This document shows, one piece after another, positions 1 to 13,459 of a stretch of DNA of 64,000 nucleotides (its first letter is position 1; each line of letters starts with the position of its first letter). The notes below the pieces were generated by a model. The model ran no database searches, had not been told where the DNA came from, and saw only the letters and a list, made by a program, of their open reading frames with translations. The position numbers were made by a program, and so were the translations under genes. This DNA comes from Eledone cirrhosa (lineage: Eukaryota), in assembly GCA_964016885.1 (NCBI GenBank), contig OZ024741.1, positions 336,040,001-336,104,000 on the forward strand, read 5' to 3'.

Positions 1-227
1 TGATGATAGGAGGGACCTGTCCAACCCATGCAAGCAGTGAAACACTGATGACGATGATGATGATACGTTTCTTTCATCTTGCTCTAATTAAATAATGATA
101 AATACATATATACCATGTTAAAAGCTAAGGATGTACTAATTAATCGTTACCAAAATTGTCATGGAATTAAACAACTCATTAATTAGCCTGTTTGATACCA
201 ATCTGAACAAAACCAGGTCTGCTTCTA

Positions 228-578
228 TAATAATGATAATGAAATTATTGTGTACAGTGCTCAGGTGCACTACAACTCGTCAAAGGTGTATTTATAGTAC
301 ATACAATAATGTACAAATGTCAGGGAAGTGAATAGTGTATGAGTCATGATATACATGTGTGCGTGTGTATGGAGGGGGAATATTAGGTGAAGTGTTGGCG
401 AATCTCAGGAAGCATGGAGGTTTTAAAGGATGCAGTGTCTCAACAGCTAACAACTGATGCAGGTAGTTTGTTCCATGCTTCAGCAACTCTGAGCGTGAAA
501 AAATGTTTCTGAAAGTCAAGGGAGCTGTGCTGTTTTCTGACTTTGTGGGCATGCCCACGTGTGTTAGACACATGGAAA
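228..578 (-). mobile_element. CR1-clade LINE 3' end fragment
   Basis: The minus strand encodes TRGHAHKV...FFTLRVAEAWNKLPASVVSC*DTASFK, the typical CR1 ORF2 C-terminus. It is followed by a 3' UTR ending gttgtagtgcacctgagcactgtacacaataa and an (att)n tail. Confidence 0.85.
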
Positions 579-1285
579 TCATATTCTATGAAATATAACC
601 TCCCATTTTTAAAGAGTTTCTATTCAAATTAAAATCTTCCAGCATAATTTCATATAAAAAATATCTTGTTAGGTTTACTATATAAGTAAGGATGAAATAA
701 TTAATAATTTTAGTAAATTCCTCAAAATTCTCCATTAATGAGTGTATATCATTAGAAATATGTTCATAAAAATGTTAAAGCAGTATAGAAGCACTTCACA
801 GTTTTCTATCTCATTATCTTCCTATGCTTCTGCTGCACAACTATTGAAGCTAATGTACAAACAATTCAATATGCATATTAGCACAGCATAAATAAATTCT
901 ATGAATTGTGGATCTTGTAAGACATGTAATAAGTGAGACACTCAATGATGAAATCCTATTTAAAGTTCTCTAACTTCTATATGAGTTTAGAGAGGAATTT
1001 CAAAAGTAGATCTTTCAAATACTTAAGTAGCAGCTATATAAAATGAAATAATTATAATTATATATATATATATATATATAGATAGATATAGATATAGATA
1101 TATATAGATATATGTATATATACATGGGTGTGTATGATTGTGTATAGAAGATTATATTAATAAAAGGAATTCCACCTTTATATATGCATGTGTGTGTCTA
1201 TATATATGTATATATGCATGTGTGTGTATGTATTTGTGTATATATATATATATATACACACACACGTATGTATATATGTGCATAC

Positions 1286-1318
<33 letters not shown>

Positions 1319-1330
1319 TACATGTTTCTT

Positions 1331-1385
<55 letters not shown>

Positions 1386-1915
1386 TAGTGTGGAAGGTGG
1401 TCATTAAACGATAATGATGATGATGATATGCACATATACAAACGCAAATACGTAATGAGATTTTTAAACAATTTTAGTTACACTGCGATTTTCTAAAAAA
1501 ATAAAAAGTAAGTTTCCTTTCTGCTAAAAGAAAATTGTTATCAGACATCTCTGAAAAGACATCCAATTCTCCAGTGTTGCTACATATAAGAGTATAATCT
1601 AATTAAGATATATAGCAACATAGGAACAGCGTGTTCATTTTAACTGTATTTTCAAAATTCATGCTGCTCTGGTGTATTTTACACATGCACACTTAAGAAT
1701 ATTCTGCCAGTGTTTTATGAACCATGACTGACATGCATTAAAATATCTTTGCCATCCAGTTTTTAAAATATTTTTATGAACATTAAAATCACTACAAGTT
1801 AAATGTATTTCAAGTTTTTTTAGTCACCTCTGATAATAAAATAATGAAATATATATCAACATTTTTCTGTTCCGCTTTCTTAATTTGAAAATATAAGTGG
1901 ATATTTATGTATGTA

Positions 1916-2404
1916 CAGAGTGGGTGGAAAGAAACTCCCTATTTAAAATTATTAATAATTTTATTAATTATTGGTCGATTTTCATAAAACCTGTTTTATT
2001 TTGCACAGTATAATGGTAGAAGTACATTAGTGTTAAAATTTCACATAGGCAGCAGCATTACCGTGAACATTTCTAATTGCCTGGGTATATCGTCAACTGA
2101 CTTCATTAGGAATTCAGGTGGTGTGTTGGTCAGTAAATGACAAATGAATCAGAGTTTTTGGTTTTGAGCAGTAAACTTCTTCCTGTGCCTACCCTCACAG
2201 AAAAAATAGCACGAGTTTCTTGCTGACCATTCATGTGAACCTTGATAATGCAGCCAATATCCTGGAAATTGGACATCAAGCCACTCATTAACAGTGCATG
2301 CAAAATGCACAGGGGCCCCCATCTTGCATGAATATGAGGTCAAGTCACAGTAGGCCAAACATTTTCTTGCAGCATGGTAAAGGAGTTTCTTTCCATCTAC
2401 CCTT
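1916..2404 (-). mobile_element. Internally deleted Tc1/mariner DNA transposon
   Basis: Imperfect ~25-bp TIRs (cagagtgggtggaaagaaactccct / aaggagtttctttccatctaccctt) flanked by TA. The interior encodes GAPVHFACTVNEWLDVQFPGYW...EWSARNS, a decayed DGAPxH...WPxRSPD transposase segment. Confidence 0.85.
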
Positions 2405-2940
2405 TAGTTAAAAGTGTGTTATAGTTTGCTCGAAGCACTGTGAAATTTGAAACAAGGGTAGGTTTTGGAAGCCCGAATCAATGCAAATTAGGCAGTGAAT
2501 ATTGAGTAGCAAGGCTGGATAAGGAGGAAGGAGAAATACAAAAATGAACAGTAAACAAGAAGGCAAATGAGATAGTCTAGTTGTTACATTGGAAATATGT
2601 ATTAATTCTGATATATTTCGGATAATATATACATTTTTAAGGGAATAGTAAAGAAACTTTGGAGAGTATTGTTAGACCTCCATATCGCTTTTGTTTGGAT
2701 CAGAATTTGAAGTGCCATGTACATAGGGACTTTTTATGCAGGAATTGGTTCAGTCTATTCTTTCCACTACAAATGGGTATTTTGCTTAGGTGGAATATGA
2801 CTAGTTAAGACCAGTAAAACCATTATTCTACTTCATACGCTATACCTACAAAACGTAGAGCATAACTTTTATATATGTATGTGTGTGAAAAGTAAATGGA
2901 AACCAATAAAGTACAATGAAGATATATAGTAGGAAAAGAG

Positions 2941-2976
2941 TCTTAACGTTTCAGACTCTAGTCCTTCATCAGTCGA
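2941..2976 (-). ncRNA. Minimal hammerhead ribozyme motif (Penelope-type), stem I diverged
   Basis: The minus strand reads CTGATGA-A-GGAC tagA GTCT-GAAAC-GTT-aaga. Same family as 12294 and 30346. Confidence 0.7.
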
Positions 2977-3159
2977 TATAATGCAAAATAAAATAAATAG
3001 TAAGATAAAGGAGAGGAAGAAGAGAAAGAAGTGAAAACAAATTGCAGGGGAGATAAAGCATGTGTGTGTATATAATATAATATATATACATACATCCATA
3101 TGTAGTTGATGGACGAGAGAAAAGAGTACTCAATATCAAAGCAGAGTTTAAATATTCAT

Positions 3160-3307
3160 TTATTATGGCTAAGTAGTGAATCTTGTTACTTTGGAGTTAG
3201 TTTCACCTGTCCAATCACAGAATCATTACACAAGACTCTTGTCTGATGATTTTGTGAGTGTGCAACTGAAACTCCAGAGTAACAAGACTCACTACTCAGC
3301 TATAATA
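3160..3307. mobile_element. Fold-back element with hammerhead cores in both arms
   Basis: ~70-bp inverted arms centred at 3236. The + arm reads tcttgt-CTGATGA-...-GAAA-ctc ca gag-TA-acaaga (6-bp stem I, GUA site). The - arm is a decayed copy. Confidence 0.8.
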
Positions 3308-3951
3308 TATTTGCATGTAGAGAGCTATATAGGAGAGTATATGATTGCCAAATAGTTTTATACAAAGGTCAATGTGTTTATGTAGTTACAGATGGAAGAT
3401 ATGAGAGATATTCTTAACATAAAATATACAGAAAGATAGACGTAAATACAAAGAGGTTTTCTGTATATATTTTTATAGGTGTCATTGTTTGTGTTTCATA
3501 TACACCCACCAAACAGTTGGTGAGTGTATATGTTGTGTCCCCTTATATCTTATGATTTAGAATTTTGATGAATAAATATTAATAAAATAATTACTAAATT
3601 GAAATATGTACTGAGCTGGTTATCATTGTCTAAAGTCTTCAAGGTAGTACTGCTGCTGCTGTTGTTGGTGCTGCATCTTTTCAGTCCATTGATTGGAACA
3701 ACAATAACATCAAGAAAAAGAAAAACAATTTATGCTGAACAATTTTCCTGACCAAATAGATACATACATAAACATTCATTCATACATGCATACATACTTA
3801 CGTACTTACGTACATACATACATACATACATAAACATACATGCATAAACATATACATACATGCATACATAAACACATTCATACACATACATAGATACAAA
3901 TATACATATTCATAGGCATACATACGTACATAAACTTACATACACACGCAT

Positions 3952-4010
<59 letters not shown>

Positions 4011-4572
4011 AACTTACATATCCACACACACAAATATACAATAACCCATACTTACCTACGTAGACATATATACCTCCATGTTTAAGCAGGATCTTCTCTT
4101 GTACCGGAAATATGCATATTTTAGTAACATCATGCCAAATAACTGATATTCCTTGCAAAATGTGCACATGTTTAAGCATTACTTGATACACCAGAAGTAT
4201 GCATATTTTAGCATAATCATGCTAAACAACTTGTATTCCTGAGTGAATGTATACCCCCGCAGCATTATTATTAATTCTCATGTCATAAGTTTTATCCTTT
4301 TCCTCTTCTTTTCTTTCTTTCTATGTTGACTGGAAATGAAAATTGTTTCAGTTATAACCTTGTATACATACATACATGCACATATATATAATAAAACACA
4401 AGTGTCAAGTGAAAAACATTTGTGCTAGCTTTTGTGTAGAAAAAGGTATTTTGCTATTTTCCTTCCTACTACACACGCTTTCACAGTGTTAACGAGATTT
4501 TCTGTGGTCAAGCAACTGATATCTATATCTATGTACTTACCTTCCTATTTGTCTAGCTATCAATCTGTCCAT

Positions 4573-4609
<37 letters not shown>

Positions 4610-5889
4610 AATTCATCTCAGTCTAACCCTCTGTCTCTGTAAATCTACTATCTACATAAGTGTCTATCTACCTACATATGTTTATCTATCTATTTGCTGA
4701 CTTACTTCTCAGTCCATTAGTCTTACTGTCTATCTATTGTAGCTATTTATGTATATTTATTAGTCTATATATTCTTGGACAAGAACAACACTAACAACAT
4801 GAAAGCACAAATGCCAGTAATAGCTGTCTAAAGTTAATTAGATAGAACATAGTCATTGTGATTTAGTGCATATATGCTTCACCTTCGATAAAGGGATGAC
4901 TCACGAAGAAGAGAGAATTGCATATATGCTGAGAAATTGTTAGAAAGGCTCACTTTTAATGCTAAATATCCAACGGTTTCACCTCAAAACACAGAACATT
5001 TTGCATGATTCTCAACCAATCAGAAGACAACTTTTCTGTGGTTCGAATTTGTAGTAAATACTGCTCTAATTTGTAACATACGGTTTTCCCTGCATTAAAC
5101 ATTGTTCTCATACTTAGAACTTGGTTGTGGATCTGTTGTAGGACTTGGTTGTGGATTGAGACCGGGAGTCATCACATACTTAGGAACAGACAGAAAAACA
5201 CATCACTGGCATTGAGGTAGGAGTGATCTGACGATGATGTTCAGCAGTACAGAATTTCTGCCATAGCATTCAAACCTTCTGGGCATCATTGAATTGAGCC
5301 ATTTCACTCTTGACTTTGTACTTTTTGATGTAATGCCACTCACTTGACCAAATTGGCATTTAATGATTGAAATTAGAATGGCTTCTGTTACTGTAGTACT
5401 GGAATTTACTGCTAGTTGTTGAAGGTTCATCTTTTGTGTCAATGTTTCAATGAGCTTCAGTTGAACCTGTTAAAAAGTGTTCTGTTGTTGTTGGAGCAGG
5501 GGCTACCATTTGTTCAAAACTGATTGTCATTTTGGGTTCTCTCTCTGCTCAAAATGCTACCAAAGTTCTTGCTAGGCAACCAAAGAAGACTAGGCCCAAA
5601 TGTGCCAGATAGATGCAAGTCAGGAGAATGACTATTTGTTCTTCTGCTCTGTGTCTCTTCTTCTTTTTGGTCTTATTCTGTTTACTCCATCTTGTCTTTC
5701 TGTGGCACATTTTCTTGTCTGTGCCTATGTTTGTATGACTTGTGTTTGGCATGTGTATGTGTGTATGGCATGTGTACATGTGTCTTACATGTGGTGTTGA
5801 GGGGATTGTATATTATACGGTTTGTATCTGTGTCTTCCTTTGGTCCTATTCTGTCATCATTGTTAAGTTGTGGGGTGGGGATGTTACTA

Positions 5890-6065
5890 TTCCATTCAGG
5901 TTTTCTGTTGAGGTGCAGTCTAGTTTCTATTAAGTGTGAGGCCTCTGTAATTAGTCTGAGTTTTGTGTCCATTTTATGTGTGGGTAGGATCTTAAGTTCT
6001 ATGTTATCAATCGAGCCTCCATATTCTAGAACATGTGAGATAGAAAGATGTGAAGCTATGCCATA
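5890..6065 (-). mobile_element. Penelope-like element GIY-YIG endonuclease C-terminal remnant
   Basis: SHVLEYGGSIDNIELKIL...DTKLRLITEASHLIETRLHLNRKPEW fits the H...KIL...R.I.EA..I.....LNR pattern at the end of PLE endonucleases. It is flanked by (GA)n/(TA)n. Confidence 0.65.
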
Positions 6066-6103
6066 ACTGTATTCCTCTCTCTCTCTCTCTCTCACTCTCT
6101 CTC

Positions 6104-6146
<43 letters not shown>

Positions 6147-6346
6147 CACACACATTTATATATATATGTAATATACATTTATATATATATATATATTTAT
6201 ATTTAATATGCATATTTATAATATGAATAACTTTGATAGGTTTTGGCTAGTATTGGCCTAGGCCATGTCTAACTAGCACCACCAGGCAATATATATATAT
6301 ATATATTTAATATATAATATGCATGTATATATATATTTAATATATA

Positions 6347-6645
6347 ATCATCATCATCATCATCATCATCATCGTTTAACGTTCATCTTCCACACTTGCA
6401 TGGGTTTGGACGGGAGTTTTCAAACTTGAGGCAAGATTGGTTGTCCTGCTCGTATAGGACTGTCTGGCAGGTTTCCTATGGCTGGATGCCCTTCCTAACA
6501 CCAACCACGTTTACAGTGTGGACTGGGAGGTTTTTACCGTGTTACCTACACGGCCACATCACAGTGTGGACTGTGTATTTTTTTATTTTGTTGTGACACC
6601 TACACAACCTCATTTGTTTCGGACTGGATGTTGTGGTACCAACAA
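6347..6645 (-). mobile_element. RTE LINE 3' UTR fragment (family A-like)
   Basis: (tca)n tail plus the ggatgcccttcctaacaccaacc module shared with the RTE copies. Confidence 0.85.
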
Positions 6646-6734
6646 TAATAATATGCAAGTATATATATATTTAATATATATTTAATGATATGCATATATA
6701 TAAATATTTAATATATAATATGCATATATATATA

Positions 6735-8602
6735 TCATCATCATCATCATCAACGTTTAACGTCCGTGTTCCACGCTTGCATGGGTTTGGACGGGGGTTT
6801 TCCCACTTGAGGCAAGAGTGATTATCTTGCTCGCATAGGACTGTCTGGCGGGTTTTCTACAGCTGGATGCCCTTCCTAACACCAACCACATTTACAGTGT
6901 GGGACTGGGAGGTTTTTACCGTGTTGTTTATACGGCCACATTACAGCGTGGACTGTGTGTTTTTTTGTCGTGACACCTACACGATCTCATTTGTTTCGGC
7001 CTCGATGGCGCGGCACCAACATAACTTTGAAAGGGGCGGTGTGGATAGGGTGGGGTGGTGGGACGGGGGTGTATTTTGTTAGAGATGCCTACTGACTGTA
7101 GTAGGTTTTACTTTGTATTTAGGTAAGGCGGGTCTTCTCTATTACTGAGTACCGCCACAGGTCTCGGTCCAGTGACATTGTCTTGGAGAGGTGTAAGTGT
7201 GTGAGGTCGGAATTTATCAGCTCGTCCCAGGTTTTTCTGGGTCTGCCTACTCCGTGGCTACCGTCTATCTTTATTGCCCTGCACTTTGTTATACAGCTAT
7301 CGTCTTTCATGCGCATCACATGACCATACCAACGTAGCCTTCTCTCGAGTAAACAACATCTGATCCCTCTTATTTCTAATTTTTTCCTTAGTTCGTTTAT
7401 GCTTTGCCGTTCACGTATATTACTATTACACATCCAGCGGAGCATGCAAGCTTCGTTCCTCTCTAGTCTGCGTATATCCTCTGCACACAATGCCCAGGTC
7501 TCACTGCCATGCAACATTGCTGTTCGTATGCAGGCATCATACAACCTGCCTTTCATTTTTAGGGAGAACCCTTTAGCGACTAATAGTGGTATAAGCTCTC
7601 TGAACTTTTTCCATCCAGTTCTGACTCTAGCTACTGTACTTTCAGAGCACCCTCCCCCACTGCTGATTTTGTCACACAGGTAACGGAAGCTGTCCACTAT
7701 TTCTATAGAACCCTCTGCGCAGTTGAAAGAGCTAGTATTTTGTGGGCACTTGCTGTTACTTATTGCACCAGAGCACCAGCCACATGTAAAATCTATGTTC
7801 TTAGTTAGCTTACCTGTGATCCCACTACATCTTTTATGCACCCATACTTTGCATTTGGGACACAAAATGGAGTTTCTCCCTACGCCTTTCCTACACACTG
7901 AGCATGGCCACTTCCCGGAAGGGACCGCCGCCTTATTTTCTTTCTTACAAACTAGAACTTTAGTCTTAGCCAGGTTAATTTTAAGGCCTTTTGATTCTAG
8001 GCCGTGCTTCCATGCTTGGAATTTCTTCTCTAGCTCGGCCATTGATTCAGCTATGAGTGTTAGGTCATCTGCGTATAGGAGTTCCCATGGGCAGCCGGTC
8101 TTGAACTCCTCTGTTATAGCCTGAAGGGCAATAATAGAACAGAGCCCTGATGGACACCAACTTTTACGCTAAACTCTTCACTATATTCGTTGTTAATTCT
8201 AACCTTGCTGACTGTTTCTTTATACATGGCTTGTATAGCTCTCACAAGCCATTCGTCAACACCTAGTTTTCTAAGAGCCCACCAGATAATGGAATGGGGG
8301 ACTCTGTTGAAGGTTTTCTCCAAGTCGACAAAAGCTAAGTATAGGGGTTTACTTTTAGCTAGGTACTTCTCCTGTAGTTGTCGTACAATGAAAAGAGCGT
8401 CTGTGGTACTTTTCCCTGACACAAACCCGAACTGCATTTCATCTAGATCAATTCTCTCTCTGATTAGTTGCGCTATTACTTTTTCCGTGACCTTCATGAC
8501 CTGGTCGATTAATTTAATGCCTCTATAGTTACTCCTATCTAGGGCATCTCCTTTACCCTTATAACAGTTAACGATGATACAGCTACGCCAGTCCTTCGGA
8601 AC
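6735..8602 (-). mobile_element. 5'-truncated RTE-clade LINE, family A (RT + PHD finger; frameshifted)
   Basis: ORFs 8114-8600 and 7119-8042 give KGKGDALDRSNYRGIKL, QFGF, FVDLEK, GVHQGSVL, LLYADD, then a C4HC3 finger and LHGSETW/LRWYGHV. A ~16-nt deletion near 8130 shifts the frame. 3' UTR and (ATG)n tail are present. Confidence 0.95.
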
Positions 8603-8922
8603 ATATATATATTTAATATATAATATGCATGTATATATATATATGCACATATATATATATATATTTAATATATAATATGCATGTATATATATATATGCAC
8701 ATATATATATATATATTTAATATATAATATGCATATATATATATATATTTAATATATAATATGCATATATATATATATATTTAATATATAATATGCATAT
8801 ATATATATTTAATATATAATATGCATATATATATATATTTAATATATAATATGCATATATATATATATTTAATATATAATATGCATATATATACATATTT
8901 AATATATAATGTGCATATATAT
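8603..8922. repeat. AT-rich ~30-bp minisatellite (atatatatatttaatatataatatgc) hosting RTE insertions
   Basis: Tandem units are visible here, and the same unit occurs at 6290-6346 and 6645-6734. Confidence 0.85.
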
Positions 8923-8923
8923 A

Positions 8924-9339
8924 TCATCATCCTCATCATTTTATGTCCGCTTTTCCCTGCTTGCAAGGGTGGGACGAGAACTGATTCTGTCTTGATTTCT
9001 ACAGCTGGATGCCCTTCCTAACACCAACCTCATTTACAGTGAGTGCTGGGTGCTTTTTTCCGTGGCATCTACACATCCACTTTACAGTGTGGGCTGGGTG
9101 CTTTTTTGCCGTGGCACCTCCACGACCACTTTGCAGTGGGAGGGTGTGGGGGCATATTGTCTATATGATTCAGCTTCGGCTTGTACCCGTGAGGGGTTAG
9201 GTCTTCTGTATTACTGCATGACGCCAGAGGTCACGGTCGTGTGTCATCGCCTTTGAGAGGTGTAATTGGGTAAGGTCGGCTTTTATCACCTCATCCCAGG
9301 AGGTCTTCTTGGGGCTCCCCACTCTGCGGTTCCCATCGA
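8924..9339 (-). mobile_element. RTE family B' 3' fragment
   Basis: Near-identical in reverse to ~18975-19320, but ends with the cccacccttgcaagcagggaaaagcggac terminus. Confidence 0.9.
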
Positions 9340-9416
9340 TATATATATATATGTATTTATATTTTATATATATATATGCATATATATTTTATATATATGT
9401 ATATATATATATATAT

Positions 9417-9775
9417 ATCATCATCATCATCATCATTGTTTAACGTCCATTTTCCACGCTAACATGGGTCTGGACGGGAATTGTCCCACTTGAGGCAAGA
9501 TTGGTTGTCTTGCTCAGGACTGTCTGGCGGGTTTTCTATGGCTGGATGCCCTTCTTAACACCAACCACGTTTACAGTGTGGACTGGGAGGTTTTTACCGT
9601 GTTACCTACATGGCCACATTACAGTGTGGACTGTGCGTTTTTTTGTTGTGACATCTCCACGACCTCATTTATTTAGGACTGGATGTTGTGGTACCAACAT
9701 AGCTTTACATCGAAATGGGTGGTGTGGATGGCGGTGGGGGTAGGGTTGGGACGGAGGTGTATTTTGGTTAAGAGG
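9417..9775 (-). mobile_element. RTE 3' UTR fragment (family A-like)
   Basis: Same 3' UTR modules and (tca)n tail as 6347-6645. Confidence 0.85.
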
Positions 9776-9828
<53 letters not shown>

Positions 9829-9914
9829 TGTAATATTAAATGTAAATCAGCTATTGTATGTATGTATATATATATATATACAATAGTTGATTTACATTTA
9901 ATATTACATGAAGA

Positions 9915-10200
9915 TGTTATTAAGTGCAGTAAAATGGATTCAAAGGAAATGAAGCTGTTGTTTGAAATGATCTGTTTGATAATGTAACATATAGTAGGTT
10001 GGGAGTGTAGCCAAATGATGCACTGAAGAGAATGATGAGCAGCAGTAGTGGAAAATATAAGGAAAGTTGTGTCATAATTAGGAGATTTCTTCGAAAATAT
10101 TTGAAAATGACATTGAGCATAGAGAAGTTCTACTATAACATATCTAGGCTCTCTAAGTAGGCAAAATAATCTTACTTTGCCTGAGAGGTCTCTAGATGTC
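9915..10200 (-). mobile_element. Old LINE ORF2 C-terminal remnant (Jockey/CR1/L2-like)
   Basis: The decayed peptide IFKYF...QLSLYFP...ASFGYTP...SF...SFP resembles LINE ORF2 3' ends. Clade uncertain. Confidence 0.4.
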
Positions 10201-11500
10201 AGACAGCATGTTTTACTGTGGTGATTTCAGTTGTAAATTTTTCATTACTATGTTTACTGGCCTTTTGGATGCCTCTTCATATAAAACATGCCCTGGTTTT
10301 ACAAGGATATTTTGAGTTTAAAAAATGAATTTTAGTACATTTCTTCATAAATTTATAAAAAAAAATCTCATTGTTTTTTCAGAAACTCTTATATAAGTTT
10401 GACATGATTTTGCTTATATAAATTGTATTGTATTATTGTATTAGTAATACTAATAGTAATACAAACTAAAGGTTTTTAACCATGATTGTTCCCACCCTCC
10501 GTTTGGTTCCCATTGGTGATATCAACGTATTGGATGCAGGGAAGATTTTTTATATGGTTTTTCGGAAAAAAAGTGTATATGGTAATTTAAATTATTTAGT
10601 TCTTTTTTCTCATCACCATAAATTTATTGTGAGTACAGACAAAAGTGCAGTTTATTGACATCAGTTGGTGTGGTAAAGTACTCCAGACACGGTGGGAGAT
10701 TTCTTTCTTTAGCTATCTTACACTTATATATATGTTATATGAAAGAAATGCCTGTTCAAGGGGGATGGGCTTTCTTCCATATATATATATTAGATTGCAA
10801 ATATGTCAGATGGAGAAGATGTAAATAGACTTAACCAATCTCATTGCAATATTAGGTTATTCTTTGAGATTTTGATTCAGATGTAAAATATTTTCTGCCA
10901 TGATAAGAAAACACAGACACAGACATACACATACACACAGAACTTAACATAGAGCGCTCGTTTTCCTTTATCAAGTCGATAGAACTCTTGACACTATATG
11001 TATGTATGTATGTGTATATATATATATATATACATACACACACACACACATATGTATGTGTGTGTGTGTATACATACACACACACACATATATATAAAGT
11101 GAGAGAGAGAGAGAGGTCAGGTGGGGAAATGTAGGAGCACTGGTTATGAATATCAACAATATGGCTGAGAGAAAGTACCTGATGGGAGTGTTCTGCATAC
11201 TAAATACAGACAAATACAGAAAGGGGTTCACATATTGTGTGGAAGTAGATGTGAATAAAGGAATATTGAAATGTTGGCATTGAAAAGTATTTTCCTTTAA
11301 AACATATCTAGAAATACACAGTACTGATTCCTCTATGGGTGGGGAGTCTACCAAAGTTTCCATTCAAATATGACATTTAAACTCTTCATTCTTGATAAAT
11401 TTGGGATATATACAGTATAGAGGCAACCGAGATTTATAAACAGTATATAAATGTATCAGTTACCTATATATATGTGGAAAATAGATGTTAAACAATGATG

Positions 11501-11535
<35 letters not shown>

Positions 11536-11615
11536 GTGAAAGAATGAAGAGTAACATGGTTGGCTGTACAATAAGGGGCTTTATTTCAAGTACTGACAAT
11601 TGTTTCATTGATCAG

Positions 11616-11660
<45 letters not shown>

Positions 11661-12199
11661 AAATATAGAGAAAAATACTGCAGGTAGCACATGGATAACA
11701 TGTAATAAAATGAGTCCCTCATCAGTGATTTGCCGACGATCATAGATATTTCATTGCATTAAAAATCATATACCTCATGTCGGTGCAATAATAACCAAAA
11801 TAAGTTATTAGGACAATTAAAACGCGTAAAGCGAGTGAGACAGGAGAACAACAAAGAGTATAGCTAACCGTAGGGGAAAGAAACAAGCTTCAAAAATTAT
11901 TCTGTTTAGCATAAGCTAGGTGAATATATGAGCGCTTTTAGAACAGACCCGACACAAGCGATGGCTATGTGAGGAGAGAGAAAAATAGCCTTCGTGGTGT
12001 ACAGGATAAAATGAAGAGAAGAGAAACAGTGAGTGAGTGAAAGTGTGAGGAAGAGTTAACTGACATGACAGAGGGGGAGAAACAGAGAGAATGGGGGAAC
12101 AGTAAGAGAGAGAGAAAAAAACACAGAATCGCAGTGGTAAATATATGTAATAAAATATAGAGAAAAATACTGCAGGTAGCACATGGATAACATGTAATA

Positions 12200-12390
12200 T
12201 ATGTATGTAAAAGGTAAACAGAAATAACAACACAATTGGTACAGTATATGGAAGGGATATATTAGGTTAATGCTTGATATAGCAGGAAGAGGGTTTTAAC
12301 GTTTCGGACGCTAGTCCTTCATCAGAAGAAAGAATGAGAAATAAGATAGATTGAGGGGACGGGCGGGATGGAATTGAAAAAAATGTCTTT
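12200..12390 (-). mobile_element. Short hammerhead-bearing repeat (Penelope pLTR-like); HHR at 12294-12329
   Basis: Near-identical to 30253-30441. The minus strand reads tctt-CTGATGA-A-GGAC tagc GTCC-GAAAC-GTT-aaaa. Confidence 0.85.
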
Positions 12391-12577
12391 AAGCAAAATA
12401 ATTAATGAAAGAGTTACAAGCCGTTAAAACATATCTTTATAAAGCTCTTACACGTTTCGCCCAATGAGGCTTGACTGAGATCTGCCTCAGACGAGCCCCA
12501 TTGGGCAAAACATGTGTAAACGCTTTATAAAGATATGTTTTAACGGCTTCTAACTCTTTCATTATTTATTTTGCTTA
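12390..12577. mobile_element. Fold-back element with degenerate hammerhead cores in both arms
   Basis: ~90-bp inverted arms. The arm consensus is CAGACGA-GCCC catt GGGC-GAAAC-ACGTGT-A. Confidence 0.75.
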
Positions 12578-12912
12578 TCACCGCTCTGCTTAATCCTGTA
12601 CACTAAATATTAACTTTCTCTAATATTTAACCCTGATAACACAAGCATCGAGCACTTATGCACCCACTTTTGGCATGTTATACCCTGTATCACACCTCTT
12701 TATACCTCTTCTTTCTATCCTCTTTTACGATACTATAACATTTTATTATATATATACATACATACATAGACATATATATATATATAACAAAGAGGGTGTG
12801 GTAAGATACAAGGTTGATCATAACGCACCAGAGTACTCAATACTTAGTAGTGTGGGTAATAGGAAAAGAGTCAGGACCCCAACCGCTTAGCACTTTTCCT
12901 ATATATATATAT

Positions 12913-13341
12913 ATATATAAACAAATAGTAAAAAGGAAAAAATTCAGTAGAAAATGCTGGAGGGATTTTTTACAGTATAATATCAAAACATTTATAAAGT
13001 GGGTGTTTCTGCATTTAATAGTGGTACCGGTTTCAGCATTATATGCTTTTTCAATGGTGGATGTGCAAAGTGCAGTTAAGTTGTATATTTATATGAATAA
13101 TAATAAAATGTGGAAAAAAATTATTAGTGTTTACATACATATTTAGAGAGGAGAGTTATTCGTATAAATATGCAACTTAACTGCACTTTACACATCTGCT
13201 GTTGAAAAGTATATAATGCTGAAACTGGTACCACTATTAAATGCAGAAATACCCACTTTATAAATGTTTTGATATTATACTGAAAAAATCCCTCCAGCAT
13301 TTTCTACTGAATTTTTTCCTTTTTACTATTTGTTTATATAT
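12913..13341. mobile_element. Large fold-back element (~178-bp arms) with U3-A8 hammerhead-like cores
   Basis: Arms at 12913-13091 and 13166-13341. The minus arm reads TTGAAAA-AGCAT ata ATGCT-GAAA-CCGG-TA. (TA)n lies on both sides. Confidence 0.75.
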
Positions 13342-13459
13342 ATCAACTTGTGTATTACTTTTCTACATTCCATATATATATGTATATATATAATCCCACC
13401 CTTGCAAGCAGGGAAAAAGCCGACGTAAAATGAAATGAATGATGATATAAATGTGTGTG

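Noticed and set aside
2410-2860. Possible old LINE fragment
   Set aside because: Too decayed to read any diagnostic motif.
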